DNA of 63,973 nt, counting the filler, from a bacterium (GTDB taxonomy: Bacteria > UBA9089 > CG2-30-40-21 > SBAY01), in the NCBI GenBank assembly GCA_040757115.1. It is 7 parts of 7 records of this genome, joined end to end, with 100 filler letters (N's around TTAATTAATTAA, not from the genome) between each part and the next. Parts side by side here need not be neighbours in the genome. Positions count along the whole stretch, not along the records: positions 19,305 to 28,578 come from JBFLYA010000148.1; positions 28,679 to 37,759 come from JBFLYA010000149.1; 5 more parts are not named here. The stretch is one strand, 5' to 3'. Under the pieces are notes generated by a model that was given only the letters and a program-made list of their open reading frames with translations, was not told the DNA's origin and did not search any database. This document shows positions 19,516 through 28,679 of this stretch, one piece after another; the stretch's first letter is position 1; every line of letters starts with the position of its first letter. The position numbers and the translations under genes were made by a program.

Positions 19516-21321
19516 TTACACCTTTATCTGATGAATCAAATTATCATCTGGTATTAATTCATCACCTGAGGTAACTACAAATGAGGTACTTGCTTGACTA
19601 TCTGCAGGTAATTCTAAGGTAGATGCAGGATATTGGGTGATAGAAAGGCATTTTGATGCCCTAATCAGTTTCATCTCAATATTAGCCGTAAAAGACTTAT
19701 TCTTTGCCTTGTTAGTGATAGTGATGTAATGAGTATGTGATTCATGTGGCTCTGTAAAATTCTCCCAGGCAGGATGGATAGATACAAAGATAGGTGGCAC
19801 AATCTCAAAACTCCAGCGATAAGGAGATTGTTTCAAATCATGCCCTGGCTCATTAGCATTATCCTTTGCCTCAATTGAGCAAGAATACTCACCATAATCT
19901 AAGTTATTCACTGCTGATGCTTGATGAAAGGTTCCTTGAGGAGTATTCAATACAATAGTTGAATTATCAATCCCGGAGGCATAGCTGTTAACTGGTGGGT
20001 CAAAAAGCGTAGCAGAGATATTGACTGTCCAGGGTGTCTCCTCAGCAATAATCACCTCACCATTTGCTGGGGTGGTGGCAGTTACCTCCGGCTCCTCGGT
20101 GTCAATTAAAAAGGAATGGTAGCCTGATATTGGTACTTCAATAGTTTCAATAATATCTTCCTTACAATCAGCACTGGCTATCTTTACCTGCATTTGTGTT
20201 TTCTCCTCAAAATAAAGCCTTGCGCTGCCGTCAGTCCCTTTGGGAATATTCAAGATTACAGAGAAGTTCTTACCCGAGCCGGCTAAAGATATTGGATGTG
20301 GAGAAGAAAAAGCACCGTTACCTTTAATAAATAGTGTTGGTGCTGAAGGTAAAGATTCGGATAAGGTAATAGAGATAGATATTGCCCCTTCTCTGACAGG
20401 AGATTCCCTTGAGATAGTAATTTGTGCTGTGATAGGAGATTTAGAAAACAGCTCTTCTAATATTTGTCTTTTAACCTTAACACTTTTGTATAAGTCAACA
20501 TGATGTGTTGACAGGGCACCAATATCCTCAAGCCTTTTAACTGTCTTTCTCTGCTGATGTAGAAGTCTACCTTTAGCAGAGAGATAAGAAACCACACCAT
20601 CTCCACCCTCAAACAATGGTGGGCCAATCCTATCCTCAGCTAAATTAATATAAGTAATCGTTGGTGGGTCTGAATTTAATTTATTCTGCCAGAAATACTC
20701 CATAAAGGCACTACCTTTTTCCTGCAATTGCTCAGTTCCAACTAAGTTAGGGTCAGGTTTGTTATACTTCTTAGCAATATCTGATTTCCATTTTGAAGAA
20801 ACTGGTAAATTTCGGAAGAAGTCAGATATACCACTACCCATCTGCGGTGTCCCCATCATAATAATTTGATTTATGTCATTGCCGTAGCGGGGGATGTTGG
20901 AGATGGTTATCTTTTTGGGTTCTTTTTCACCAGCAGGAGTATATTCATAATCCATTGTAGGCTGATGTTGATTCCCATACATCATAGTATAAAGCTCAGC
21001 TACAATACCACCTCTTGAATGAGCAACAATATCAAGTTTAGTTGCTCCTGTTCGTCTCTTAACTTCATCTATTGCTTGTTTAAGCTTTTTAACATCCTCT
21101 TGTATCAATCCTTGTCCTCTGTTAGGAAAATCACCAAACAAATCAGCTAAGGTAAACACATCAAATCCTGCATTTTGCAATGTCTTCACCATGCATCCAT
21201 CTTTAAAACTCTGTGAATCACCATTGAGTCCATGAACTATCAATACAGGATTTTTAGCAAAAGCAGGACTTAACAAAAATAAAGTGCCTACCAGACCTAA
21301 AATAATGGTTCTTTTAAACAT
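19516..21321 (-). CDS. Secreted alpha/beta-hydrolase (lipase-like) plus Ig-like domains, copy A, C-terminally truncated
   Basis: Signal peptide; PVLIVHG, AHSRGG nucleophile elbow, GDGVV and His; paralog of 22444-24894. Confidence 0.85.
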   Translation of the reverse strand: MFKRTIILGLVGTLFLLSPAFAKNPVLIVHGLNGDSQSFKDGCMVKTLQNAGFDVFTLADLFGDFPNRGQGLIQEDVKKLKQAIDEVKRRTGATKLDIVAHSRGGIVAELYTMMYGNQHQPTMDYEYTPAGEKEPKKITISNIPRYGNDINQIIMMGTPQMGSGISDFFRNLPVSSKWKSDIAKKYNKPDPNLVGTEQLQEKGSAFMEYFWQNKLNSDPPTITYINLAEDRIGPPLFEGGDGVVSYLSAKGRLLHQQRKTVKRLEDIGALSTHHVDLYKSVKVKRQILEELFSKSPITAQITISRESPVREGAISISITLSESLPSAPTLFIKGNGAFSSPHPISLAGSGKNFSVILNIPKGTDGSARLYFEEKTQMQVKIASADCKEDIIETIEVPISGYHSFLIDTEEPEVTATTPANGEVIIAEETPWTVNISATLFDPPVNSYASGIDNSTIVLNTPQGTFHQASAVNNLDYGEYSCSIEAKDNANEPGHDLKQSPYRWSFEIVPPIFVSIHPAWENFTEPHESHTHYITITNKAKNKSFTANIEMKLIRASKCLSITQYPASTLELPADSQASTSFVVTSGDELIPDDNLIHQIKV

Positions 21322-21356
21322 AATTTACTCACCTTCAAAAGATTAAAAATTTAAGA

Positions 21357-22250
21357 CTAAAACTCAAACTCACTATCTGGAATACCAGTATTTAATTGAA
21401 TATTGCTAAGAGTAATTTCTTCTGTTGCTCTTGCTGTTTTAACAAACTTTGTTGGAATCCAAGTATCATTGATAAGTACAAAATTACTGAATTCTCTGGT
21501 TGAACTTACATTACCACTTTTAATTCCAATTGCTATAATTTTTGTAAATACCCCTTTATTAAAATCCATTGTGAATTCGTATCTTAACCATCCTGGTACA
21601 GGATAGTTATACTCATCCTCAGGATTACTTGCTTTCGGCACTGCCTCAATCACCCAGGTATCAGGTTGAGGATTATCAATCACCTTCGTATCAAACTTAG
21701 TCATTATCTCATCCAACCGCCAGTAGAAATCAAGTCTATCTGGGTCTAACATTAAATACCAAGGAAGTTTGTATATCCAATCTTCACCATCTACTTTCCT
21801 ATAATGGGTCTGATTTTTTATAATGGTAGGACTTTCTGGTTCATCATTAAGAATATACTTAAGTTTATCTGGTGGTTTAAATAAAAACTTTAGATTAGCT
21901 ATATGGGTATCTTTAAATAATGGATACCCCCATCCTCCTTCCTTTTTTGTCACACTATACATATCTGCCTTCAGGTCTTGTATCTTCTGGTAATTCGCCT
22001 TGACCTTATCCAGTAATGCCTGGACAGTAGGCGTGCCGATTTGTTTTGGTCTAAGTGGTAGATTTTTCTTTTTTACCACCTTTTCCTGCTTCGTCTTTTG
22101 CTCATTAGCCTTTAGCCATGGCCACTGCCATTCTATACCCTGGGCTATAGTGCTACTGCATAGCAAGATACACATCACCCCAATGCAACACATTATCTTT
22201 TTAATCCTTGTTCCTCTTGAATTTCCCTTTAAACCTTTTAAATTACACAT
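21357..22250 (-). CDS. LolA-like (lipoprotein-sorting fold) exported protein, copy A
   Basis: LLDKVKANYQKIQDLKA, FKPPDKLK and SNIQLNTGIPDSEFEF LolA-like signatures. Confidence 0.75.
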   Translation of the reverse strand: MCNLKGLKGNSRGTRIKKIMCCIGVMCILLCSSTIAQGIEWQWPWLKANEQKTKQEKVVKKKNLPLRPKQIGTPTVQALLDKVKANYQKIQDLKADMYSVTKKEGGWGYPLFKDTHIANLKFLFKPPDKLKYILNDEPESPTIIKNQTHYRKVDGEDWIYKLPWYLMLDPDRLDFYWRLDEIMTKFDTKVIDNPQPDTWVIEAVPKASNPEDEYNYPVPGWLRYEFTMDFNKGVFTKIIAIGIKSGNVSSTREFSNFVLINDTWIPTKFVKTARATEEITLSNIQLNTGIPDSEFEF

Positions 22251-22443
22251 TGTTTTTTACCTCCATATTTTTGATAATTGGTTAAATGGTAACTGGTTAA
22301 ATAGTCACCCTTTACCAGGTTTCTTTAATTATAACACATTTTTTGTCTTTTATCAAGGTTTAATTTTTCATTTTTTCTTTTTGTACACTGATTGCACGGA
22401 TTACACTGATTTTTTTTATTTTTATACTCCGTGAGAATCTGTG

Positions 22444-24894
22444 CTATCCGTGAAATCCGTGTACTTTAGATTCCAAACAGGTTAATATCCCGGGCAAAAA
22501 CTCAAATTCATAGCCATATTTCTGTGTAAAACAAACTACCACACCACCTTCCTCAACATATCTCCGTAACCTCCATTCCAATATTTCAGAAGTATCTACA
22601 CCACTTAATCCATAGCTCGGAATAATTAGCACCTTGAAGTCGGATAACTTGCGAGGGATGAGGGACGAGGGATGAGGGATGAAGGACGAAAGAGGAGGGA
22701 CGAGGGATGAAAGAGGAAGTGACTTTTGGAGTTCAGACTTTAGCCTTTCATTCGCAGCATTGGGCATTTGGATTTGATTTGATATTTGGAATTTGGATTT
22801 TGGAATTTGTTTGTAATTTGGAATTTGTGATTTGGAATTTTCCTCAATGGAGGATGGTAACGGTTCAAGGTCACGATCGATAAACCAGACAGGCTCTTTA
22901 AACCGTCCTAAAAGATGTGCTACTCCATCCACAAATCCATTCAAATACACCCCAACCTCTGCCTCAGAATCTATCTTTGCCGGTGTTGGGTATCTTGGGT
23001 CTGAAATATCATAGGATTCATCCGGATGGTCAGTGACTATGTTCTGGCCATTGGCATACTGAATGGCAGATAATTTTAAGCCACGGACAGTTATTATTAT
23101 CTGATGAATCAAATTATCATCCGGTATTAATTCATCACCTGAGGTAACTACAAATGAGGTACTTGCTTGACTATCTGCTGGTAATTCTAAGGTAGAAGCA
23201 GGATATTGGGTGATAGAAAGGCATTTTGATGCCCTAATCAGTTTCATCTCAATATTAGCCGTAAAAGACTTATTCTTTGCCTTGTTAGTGATAGTGATGT
23301 AATGAGTATGGGATTCATGTGGGTCTGTAAAATTCTCCCAGGCGGGATGGATAGATACAAAGATAGGTGGGGCAATCTCAAAACTCCAGCGATAAGGAGA
23401 TTGTTTCAAATCATGCCCTGGCTCATTAGCATTATCCTTTGCCTCAATTGAGCAAGAATACTCACCATAATCTAAGTTATTCACTGCTGATGCTTGATGA
23501 AAGGTTCCTTGAGGAGTATTCAATACAATAGTTGAATTATCAATCCCGGAGGCATAGCCATTCACTGGTGGGTCAAAAAGAGTAGCAGAGATATTGACCG
23601 TCCAGGGTGTCTCCTCAGCAATAATCACCTCACCATTTGCTGGCGTAGTAGCAGTAACCTCCGGTTCCTCGGTGTCAACCAGGAAATTATACTCACCACT
23701 AATTGGGGCTTGAATAATATCTTGAACTTCCTGACAATTTTCATCGGCTATTGTTACCGGAATTGATGTTGTCTCGTTAATATAAAGTTTGGCATTACCA
23801 TCGTCGCCTTTGGAAATAAAGCATTTACCAGAGAAGTTTTTCCCGGAACCAGATAAAGCAATCTCTGGTAGTGGCACTGGGACAAATCCTCCCTTTTGGT
23901 AAATGAGTGTTGGTGGACATGGTAAGGTCTCAGAAGTAGTTACATAAACATTTATTGCCCCTTCTCTGACAGGAGATTTCCTTGAAATAGAGATGTTAGC
24001 TACAATAGGAGACTTAGAAAACAGCTCTTCTAATATTTGTCTTTTAACCTTAACATTTTTGTATAAGTCAACATGATGCGTTGCCAGGGCACCCATATCC
24101 TCAAGCCTTTTAACTGTTTTTCTTTGCTGATGTAGTGGGACACCTTTAGCTGAATCAAAAAAAATTACACCATCACCCGGTTTAAACGATGGAGGACCAA
24201 TCCTATCCTCAGCTAAATTAATATAAGTAATCGTTGGTAGGTCTGAATTTAATTTATTCTTCCAGAATAACTCCTCCATAAAATTACTACCTTCAGTCCG
24301 CTGCTGCTCTATTGCTACAGAATACGGGTCAGGACATTTACCTTTCTTATGGATTTCATTAACTATCTCTGGATTTTTATATGAAAAATCAGCCCACTCA
24401 CTTCCCATCTGCCCTGTCCCCAGCATAATGATTTGATTGACATCATTGCCGTAGCGGGGGATGTTGGTGATGGTCTTATTTTTTTTAAATTTTTCTTTTT
24501 TGGGTTTTCCAGCAGGATAATACGAATAATCCATCGTAGATTGATATTGATCACCAGACATCATAGTATAAAGTTCAGCTACAATACCACCTCTTGAATG
24601 TGCAACTATATCTACCTTATCTGCACCAGTAAAATTTTTAATCTCATCTATCTTTTGTTTTAGCGCCTTTACATCTTCTTGTATTAATCCCTGGCCTTTA
24701 TCATCAAAATCAATAGTAAATATCTCTTTTCCCTCATACCCAGCATTCATCAAGGTAGTTATTAAACAACCTTCTTTCCACATTTTTGAATCCGCAAAAG
24801 TTCCATGAACTAAAAGCACAGGATTCTTCGCCACGGCAGGACTTAACCAGAATAGACTACCTACCAAACCTAAGGCTATAACTCTTTTAATCAT
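22444..24894 (-). CDS. Secreted lipase-like plus Ig-like plus partial class-I GAT-like protein, copy B, truncated
   Basis: AHSRGG motif; about 580 bp near-identical to copy A; the end runs into 9-mer repeats. Confidence 0.85.
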   Translation of the reverse strand: MIKRVIALGLVGSLFWLSPAVAKNPVLLVHGTFADSKMWKEGCLITTLMNAGYEGKEIFTIDFDDKGQGLIQEDVKALKQKIDEIKNFTGADKVDIVAHSRGGIVAELYTMMSGDQYQSTMDYSYYPAGKPKKEKFKKNKTITNIPRYGNDVNQIIMLGTGQMGSEWADFSYKNPEIVNEIHKKGKCPDPYSVAIEQQRTEGSNFMEELFWKNKLNSDLPTITYINLAEDRIGPPSFKPGDGVIFFDSAKGVPLHQQRKTVKRLEDMGALATHHVDLYKNVKVKRQILEELFSKSPIVANISISRKSPVREGAINVYVTTSETLPCPPTLIYQKGGFVPVPLPEIALSGSGKNFSGKCFISKGDDGNAKLYINETTSIPVTIADENCQEVQDIIQAPISGEYNFLVDTEEPEVTATTPANGEVIIAEETPWTVNISATLFDPPVNGYASGIDNSTIVLNTPQGTFHQASAVNNLDYGEYSCSIEAKDNANEPGHDLKQSPYRWSFEIAPPIFVSIHPAWENFTDPHESHTHYITITNKAKNKSFTANIEMKLIRASKCLSITQYPASTLELPADSQASTSFVVTSGDELIPDDNLIHQIIITVRGLKLSAIQYANGQNIVTDHPDESYDISDPRYPTPAKIDSEAEVGVYLNGFVDGVAHLLGRFKEPVWFIDRDLEPLPSSIEENSKSQIPNYKQIPKSKFQISNQIQMPNAANERLKSELQKSLPLSSLVPPLSSFIPHPSSLIPRKLSDFKVLIIPSYGLSGVDTSEILEWRLRRYVEEGGVVVCFTQKYGYEFEFLPGILTCLESKVHGFHG

Positions 24895-24939
24895 AATCCA
24901 CTCACCTCCTAAAAACTCTAAATTCTATACTCTAAACCC

Positions 24940-25869
24940 TTACTTGAACTCAAATTCACTATCTGGAATACCAGTATTTAGTTGAATATTACTAAGCGTA
25001 ATTTCTTCAGTTCCCTCTCCTATTTTAATTAATGTGGTGGGTATCCAAATATTATTGATTAGTTGAATATTTTTATATTCGGATGCTAAATCTTTATCTC
25101 CTCCAGTTTTTGCATCAAAATCAAAAATTTTTGTAATTACTCCTTTTCCATAATCAATATAAATTTCTAATCCCCACCTTGGTGAAAATGGATAATTGTA
25201 CTCATCCTCAGGATTACTAGCTTTCGGCACTGCCTCAATCACCCAGGTATCAGGTTGAGGATTATCAATCACCTTCGTATCAAACTTAGTAATTATCTCA
25301 TCCAACCGAAAGTAAAATTCAAATAACCTTTGTGGGTCTAATAAAGTATACCATGGTAGTTTATAACTTCCAACAGAAGACTCTTCAGTAATTGGTGCTC
25401 CCCATTCTCCTATACTTTTACTGTATTTAGTACTATCTTTTACAATTACCGTGAGAACATTTTCGGGTGGTATCCATTTAAGTTTACCAGGTGCTTTAAA
25501 GAAAAACTTTTCATCCTGTGTAATTAAATCACCTACTATGCCTAACCACTTAGCAAATTCAGAATCCCATGTTTTGAAATTCCAATTTGCCTTCAAATCT
25601 TGAATCTTCTGGTAATTCTCCTTGACCTTATCCAGTAATGCCTGGACAGTCGGCGTGCCGATTTGTTTTGGTCTAAGTGGTAGATTTTTGTTTTTAACCA
25701 CCTGTTCCTGCTTAATCTTTTGCTCCTTAGCTTTTAGCCATGGCCACTGCCATTCTATACCCTGGGCTATAGTGCTACTGCCCAGCAAAACACACATCAC
25801 CCCAATGCTACACATTATCTTCTTAATCCTTGTTCCTCTTGAATTTTCCTTTAAACTTCTTTTACCCAT
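24940..25869 (-). CDS. LolA-like exported protein, copy B
   Basis: Shares near-identical blocks with copy A and diverges between them. Confidence 0.75.
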   Translation of the reverse strand: MGKRSLKENSRGTRIKKIMCSIGVMCVLLGSSTIAQGIEWQWPWLKAKEQKIKQEQVVKNKNLPLRPKQIGTPTVQALLDKVKENYQKIQDLKANWNFKTWDSEFAKWLGIVGDLITQDEKFFFKAPGKLKWIPPENVLTVIVKDSTKYSKSIGEWGAPITEESSVGSYKLPWYTLLDPQRLFEFYFRLDEIITKFDTKVIDNPQPDTWVIEAVPKASNPEDEYNYPFSPRWGLEIYIDYGKGVITKIFDFDAKTGGDKDLASEYKNIQLINNIWIPTTLIKIGEGTEEITLSNIQLNTGIPDSEFEFK

Positions 25870-26039
25870 TTTAAATCTACCTCCTCATTAGTTTAATTTT
25901 TTAGTAATCGGATTAGACGGATATACTGGATTTTTTATCTGCTTAATCCGCTAAATCCGATTACTAAAATAGGATTAGGGTCAGGCAGTTCCCTTTACAT
26001 TCCACATTTACGGTTTGACCCCAAGAGGAACTAATCCTC

Positions 26040-27635
26040 TCAAGGCATCCAGTTAATTAATTTACCATCTTTCTTTGGCTTAAATATCAACTTTTTATTT
26101 TTACCATTGGAATCCATTACCCATATCCTGTGTTGTGTTCCAAATAGCCAATGCATCTCTTTCCAAAATGCAATTTTCGAACTATCAGGAGACCAGACAT
26201 ATAGCTGTTTTAAAATATTAGAAGAGTAAACATCCCCCTTTTCTGTAAGAGACTTTTGATTTTTACCATCACTATCCATTATCCATATATCGTTATTATT
26301 TTTAAAAATAATTTTATTTCCATCAGGAGACCAAATCGGTTTTGAGCCTATCGTTGACAACTGAATTTCTTTCTCGGTCATAATATCTACTTTCCATATT
26401 CCATTGCTGACATAAACAATTTTTTTACTATCAGGTGCCCACGCAGGTAATTCTTTATTAGCCCATATAGTATGTGAAGTTAGTTGTTTTCTATTCGTTC
26501 CATCTACATTTATAACTCCTAATGTATAAAGAGTAGGATAATCTTTAAGTGTTAAAAAAACAACCTTTTGCCCATCTGGTGAGAAGATGGGATATTCCTC
26601 ACTAATTTCATCTGTATTACTTAACCATTTTAGTTCATTAGTAAGCAAATTTATTAAACAGATATCAGAATTATCCTGGCAATTTATCATCCCATCATTA
26701 TTTGTATCTTTTCTTTTAGAAGAAAAGACGAGTAAAATTTCATCATTACTCCATGCAGGATCTTCAGCATAATGAGAAGATACTACCCTTTTATTGTTAC
26801 CATCAAACTCCATTATCCATAATCGTAAATCAACAGAAAGATTTGCAAAACAACCTGTTCTTTCTAATTCTTTTTCTTTAAAAGTTATGAAAGATACATA
26901 TTTCCCTGTAGGAGAGAACTTAAAACCGAATTCGTAACCATAAGAAAAAGATGGAGCGGTTGATAAAAGTTTGGGTGTTTTCTTGTAATGAGTTAGCATG
27001 TATAATTTTTTATCCACTGAAAAAACAAGATTTCCAAAAGGGAGTTTTCTCTGTAATTCAAACAAATGGGGTTTATCAAGCAAATCCCATTCAAAATAGA
27101 GTAAACTTCCTCCTCCAGTAACTAATGCAAGGGCAAAAATTATCCACATCCCTAATTTTACTACTCGCTCATTTAGCCATTTAACTATATTTCTACTTTG
27201 GATAATACCCCATATTAGTCCACAAAATGCTGAAATTGGAGTAATGAACAAAATTAGGAATACATAACCTATTCCTGCCAGCCCTTCAGGTTTTCCAAAA
27301 GTCATGTTACCTATTAAAATTGCTACCAATATGCCAACTATCCCAAAGAGACCTATCCATCCAATAAGAACCCCTAAACATATTATTGGTGCTATTAGTG
27401 CTACCCACTTACTTTTTAATTCTTCCTTAATATTTTCTCCCTTCCATATAAAATATATCCAGCTAAAGATTGCCATCCCTATAGAAAATATTACTATCGT
27501 TGCTAAAATTACATTCACTACTTTATTTTGGAAAGGGATATCCTTTAAAAATGAGGATAGAAATATAGGATAAAGACATATTTCAATAATTATCCCTACT
27601 ATTCCTCCGCATAAGATAAAATGTAAAAACTTCAT
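26040..27635 (-). CDS. Membrane protein with a C-terminal TolB-like (PD40) beta-propeller
   Basis: About 5 TM helices followed by FSPDG, WAPDS and WSPDG repeats. Confidence 0.85.
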   Translation of the reverse strand: MKFLHFILCGGIVGIIIEICLYPIFLSSFLKDIPFQNKVVNVILATIVIFSIGMAIFSWIYFIWKGENIKEELKSKWVALIAPIICLGVLIGWIGLFGIVGILVAILIGNMTFGKPEGLAGIGYVFLILFITPISAFCGLIWGIIQSRNIVKWLNERVVKLGMWIIFALALVTGGGSLLYFEWDLLDKPHLFELQRKLPFGNLVFSVDKKLYMLTHYKKTPKLLSTAPSFSYGYEFGFKFSPTGKYVSFITFKEKELERTGCFANLSVDLRLWIMEFDGNNKRVVSSHYAEDPAWSNDEILLVFSSKRKDTNNDGMINCQDNSDICLINLLTNELKWLSNTDEISEEYPIFSPDGQKVVFLTLKDYPTLYTLGVINVDGTNRKQLTSHTIWANKELPAWAPDSKKIVYVSNGIWKVDIMTEKEIQLSTIGSKPIWSPDGNKIIFKNNNDIWIMDSDGKNQKSLTEKGDVYSSNILKQLYVWSPDSSKIAFWKEMHWLFGTQHRIWVMDSNGKNKKLIFKPKKDGKLINWMP

Positions 27636-27679
27636 ATTTTTAACCTTCCTTGATTAAAACTTCATATTGGAAAATTTAA

Positions 27680-27985
27680 TTACAAAACTTCTCTTTTTAT
27701 CTCTGCCGTTAGGTCTTGTATCTTCTGGTAATTCTCCTTGACTTTATCCAGCAATGCCTGAACAGTCGGTGTGCCGATTTGTTTTGGTCTAAGTGGTAGA
27801 TTTTTCTTTTTAACCACTTTTTCTTGCTTAGTCTTTTGCTCCTTAGCTTTTAGCCATGGCCACTGCCATTCTATACCCTGGGCTATAGTGCTACTGCCCA
27901 GCAAGACACACATCACCCCAATGCCACACATTATCTTCTTAATCCTTGTTCCTCTTGAATTTTTCTTTAAACTTCTTTTACCCAT
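27680..27985 (-). pseudogene. LolA-like copy C, truncated just after the conserved N-terminal block
   Basis: Near-identical to copies A and B up to QKIQDL, then stops 9 codons later. Confidence 0.8.
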
Positions 27986-28015
27986 TTTAAATCTACCTCC
28001 TCATTAGTTTAATTT

Positions 28016-28226
28016 GTAACCGTTCAGGTAATCCTTTACCGCAGAGACGCAGAGGAACAGAGAAGACATAGAAATAAAGTAACTATTCAGCCACTGATTA
28101 ACACGGATTAGCACGGATAAAAAAATAAAATCAGTGTTTCATCTGTGTCCATCTGTGACTGAATAGTTACCAATAAATTTTAATTTTTTCTCTGCGTCTC
28201 TGTGGCATCTTGCGGTGAACAGTTAC
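28016..28226 (+). mobile_element. Composite GTAAC-TIR MITE with an inner GTAACTATTCAG...CTGAATAGTTAC unit, TSD TTTAATTT
   Basis: TSD at 28008-28015 and 28227-28234; the empty paralogous site is at ~25892-25899. Confidence 0.92.
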
Positions 28227-28679
28227 TTTAATTTTTTAGTAATCGGATTGAGCGGATTAATCGGATTTCTTTTCTGTTTTTTATCTGCTCAATCCGCTAA
28301 ATCCGCTTACTAATAATATACCCTAAAAATTTCAATCTGTCAATACCTCAAATTTCTTATTTTCCCTATTTTCCCTATTTTCCCCTTTTTCCTTATTTAC
28401 ACCATCTCCTTCTTTGTAACCGTTCAGGGCTATACATTAGAAGTGTAAACAAGGAGAAACGCTCATGAGTCTGCGACTCACAAAGTCTTATGGTGAAATG
28501 TCAAGTAAAAAATTAAGTTTTTTTAAAAATATTTTTCTTGACTTATATCCCTAAAAAGGCACAAAAATAGTATGTTCGNNNNNNNNNNNNNNNNNNNNNN
28601 NNNNNNNNNNNNNNNNNNNNNNTTAATTAATTAANNNNNNNNNNNNNNNNNNNNNNNNNNNNNNNNNNNNNNNNNNNNC

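Noticed and set aside
19516-27985. DGR explanation for the LolA/lipase paralog differences
   Set aside because: Differences include indels and many non-adenine substitutions arranged in blocks.
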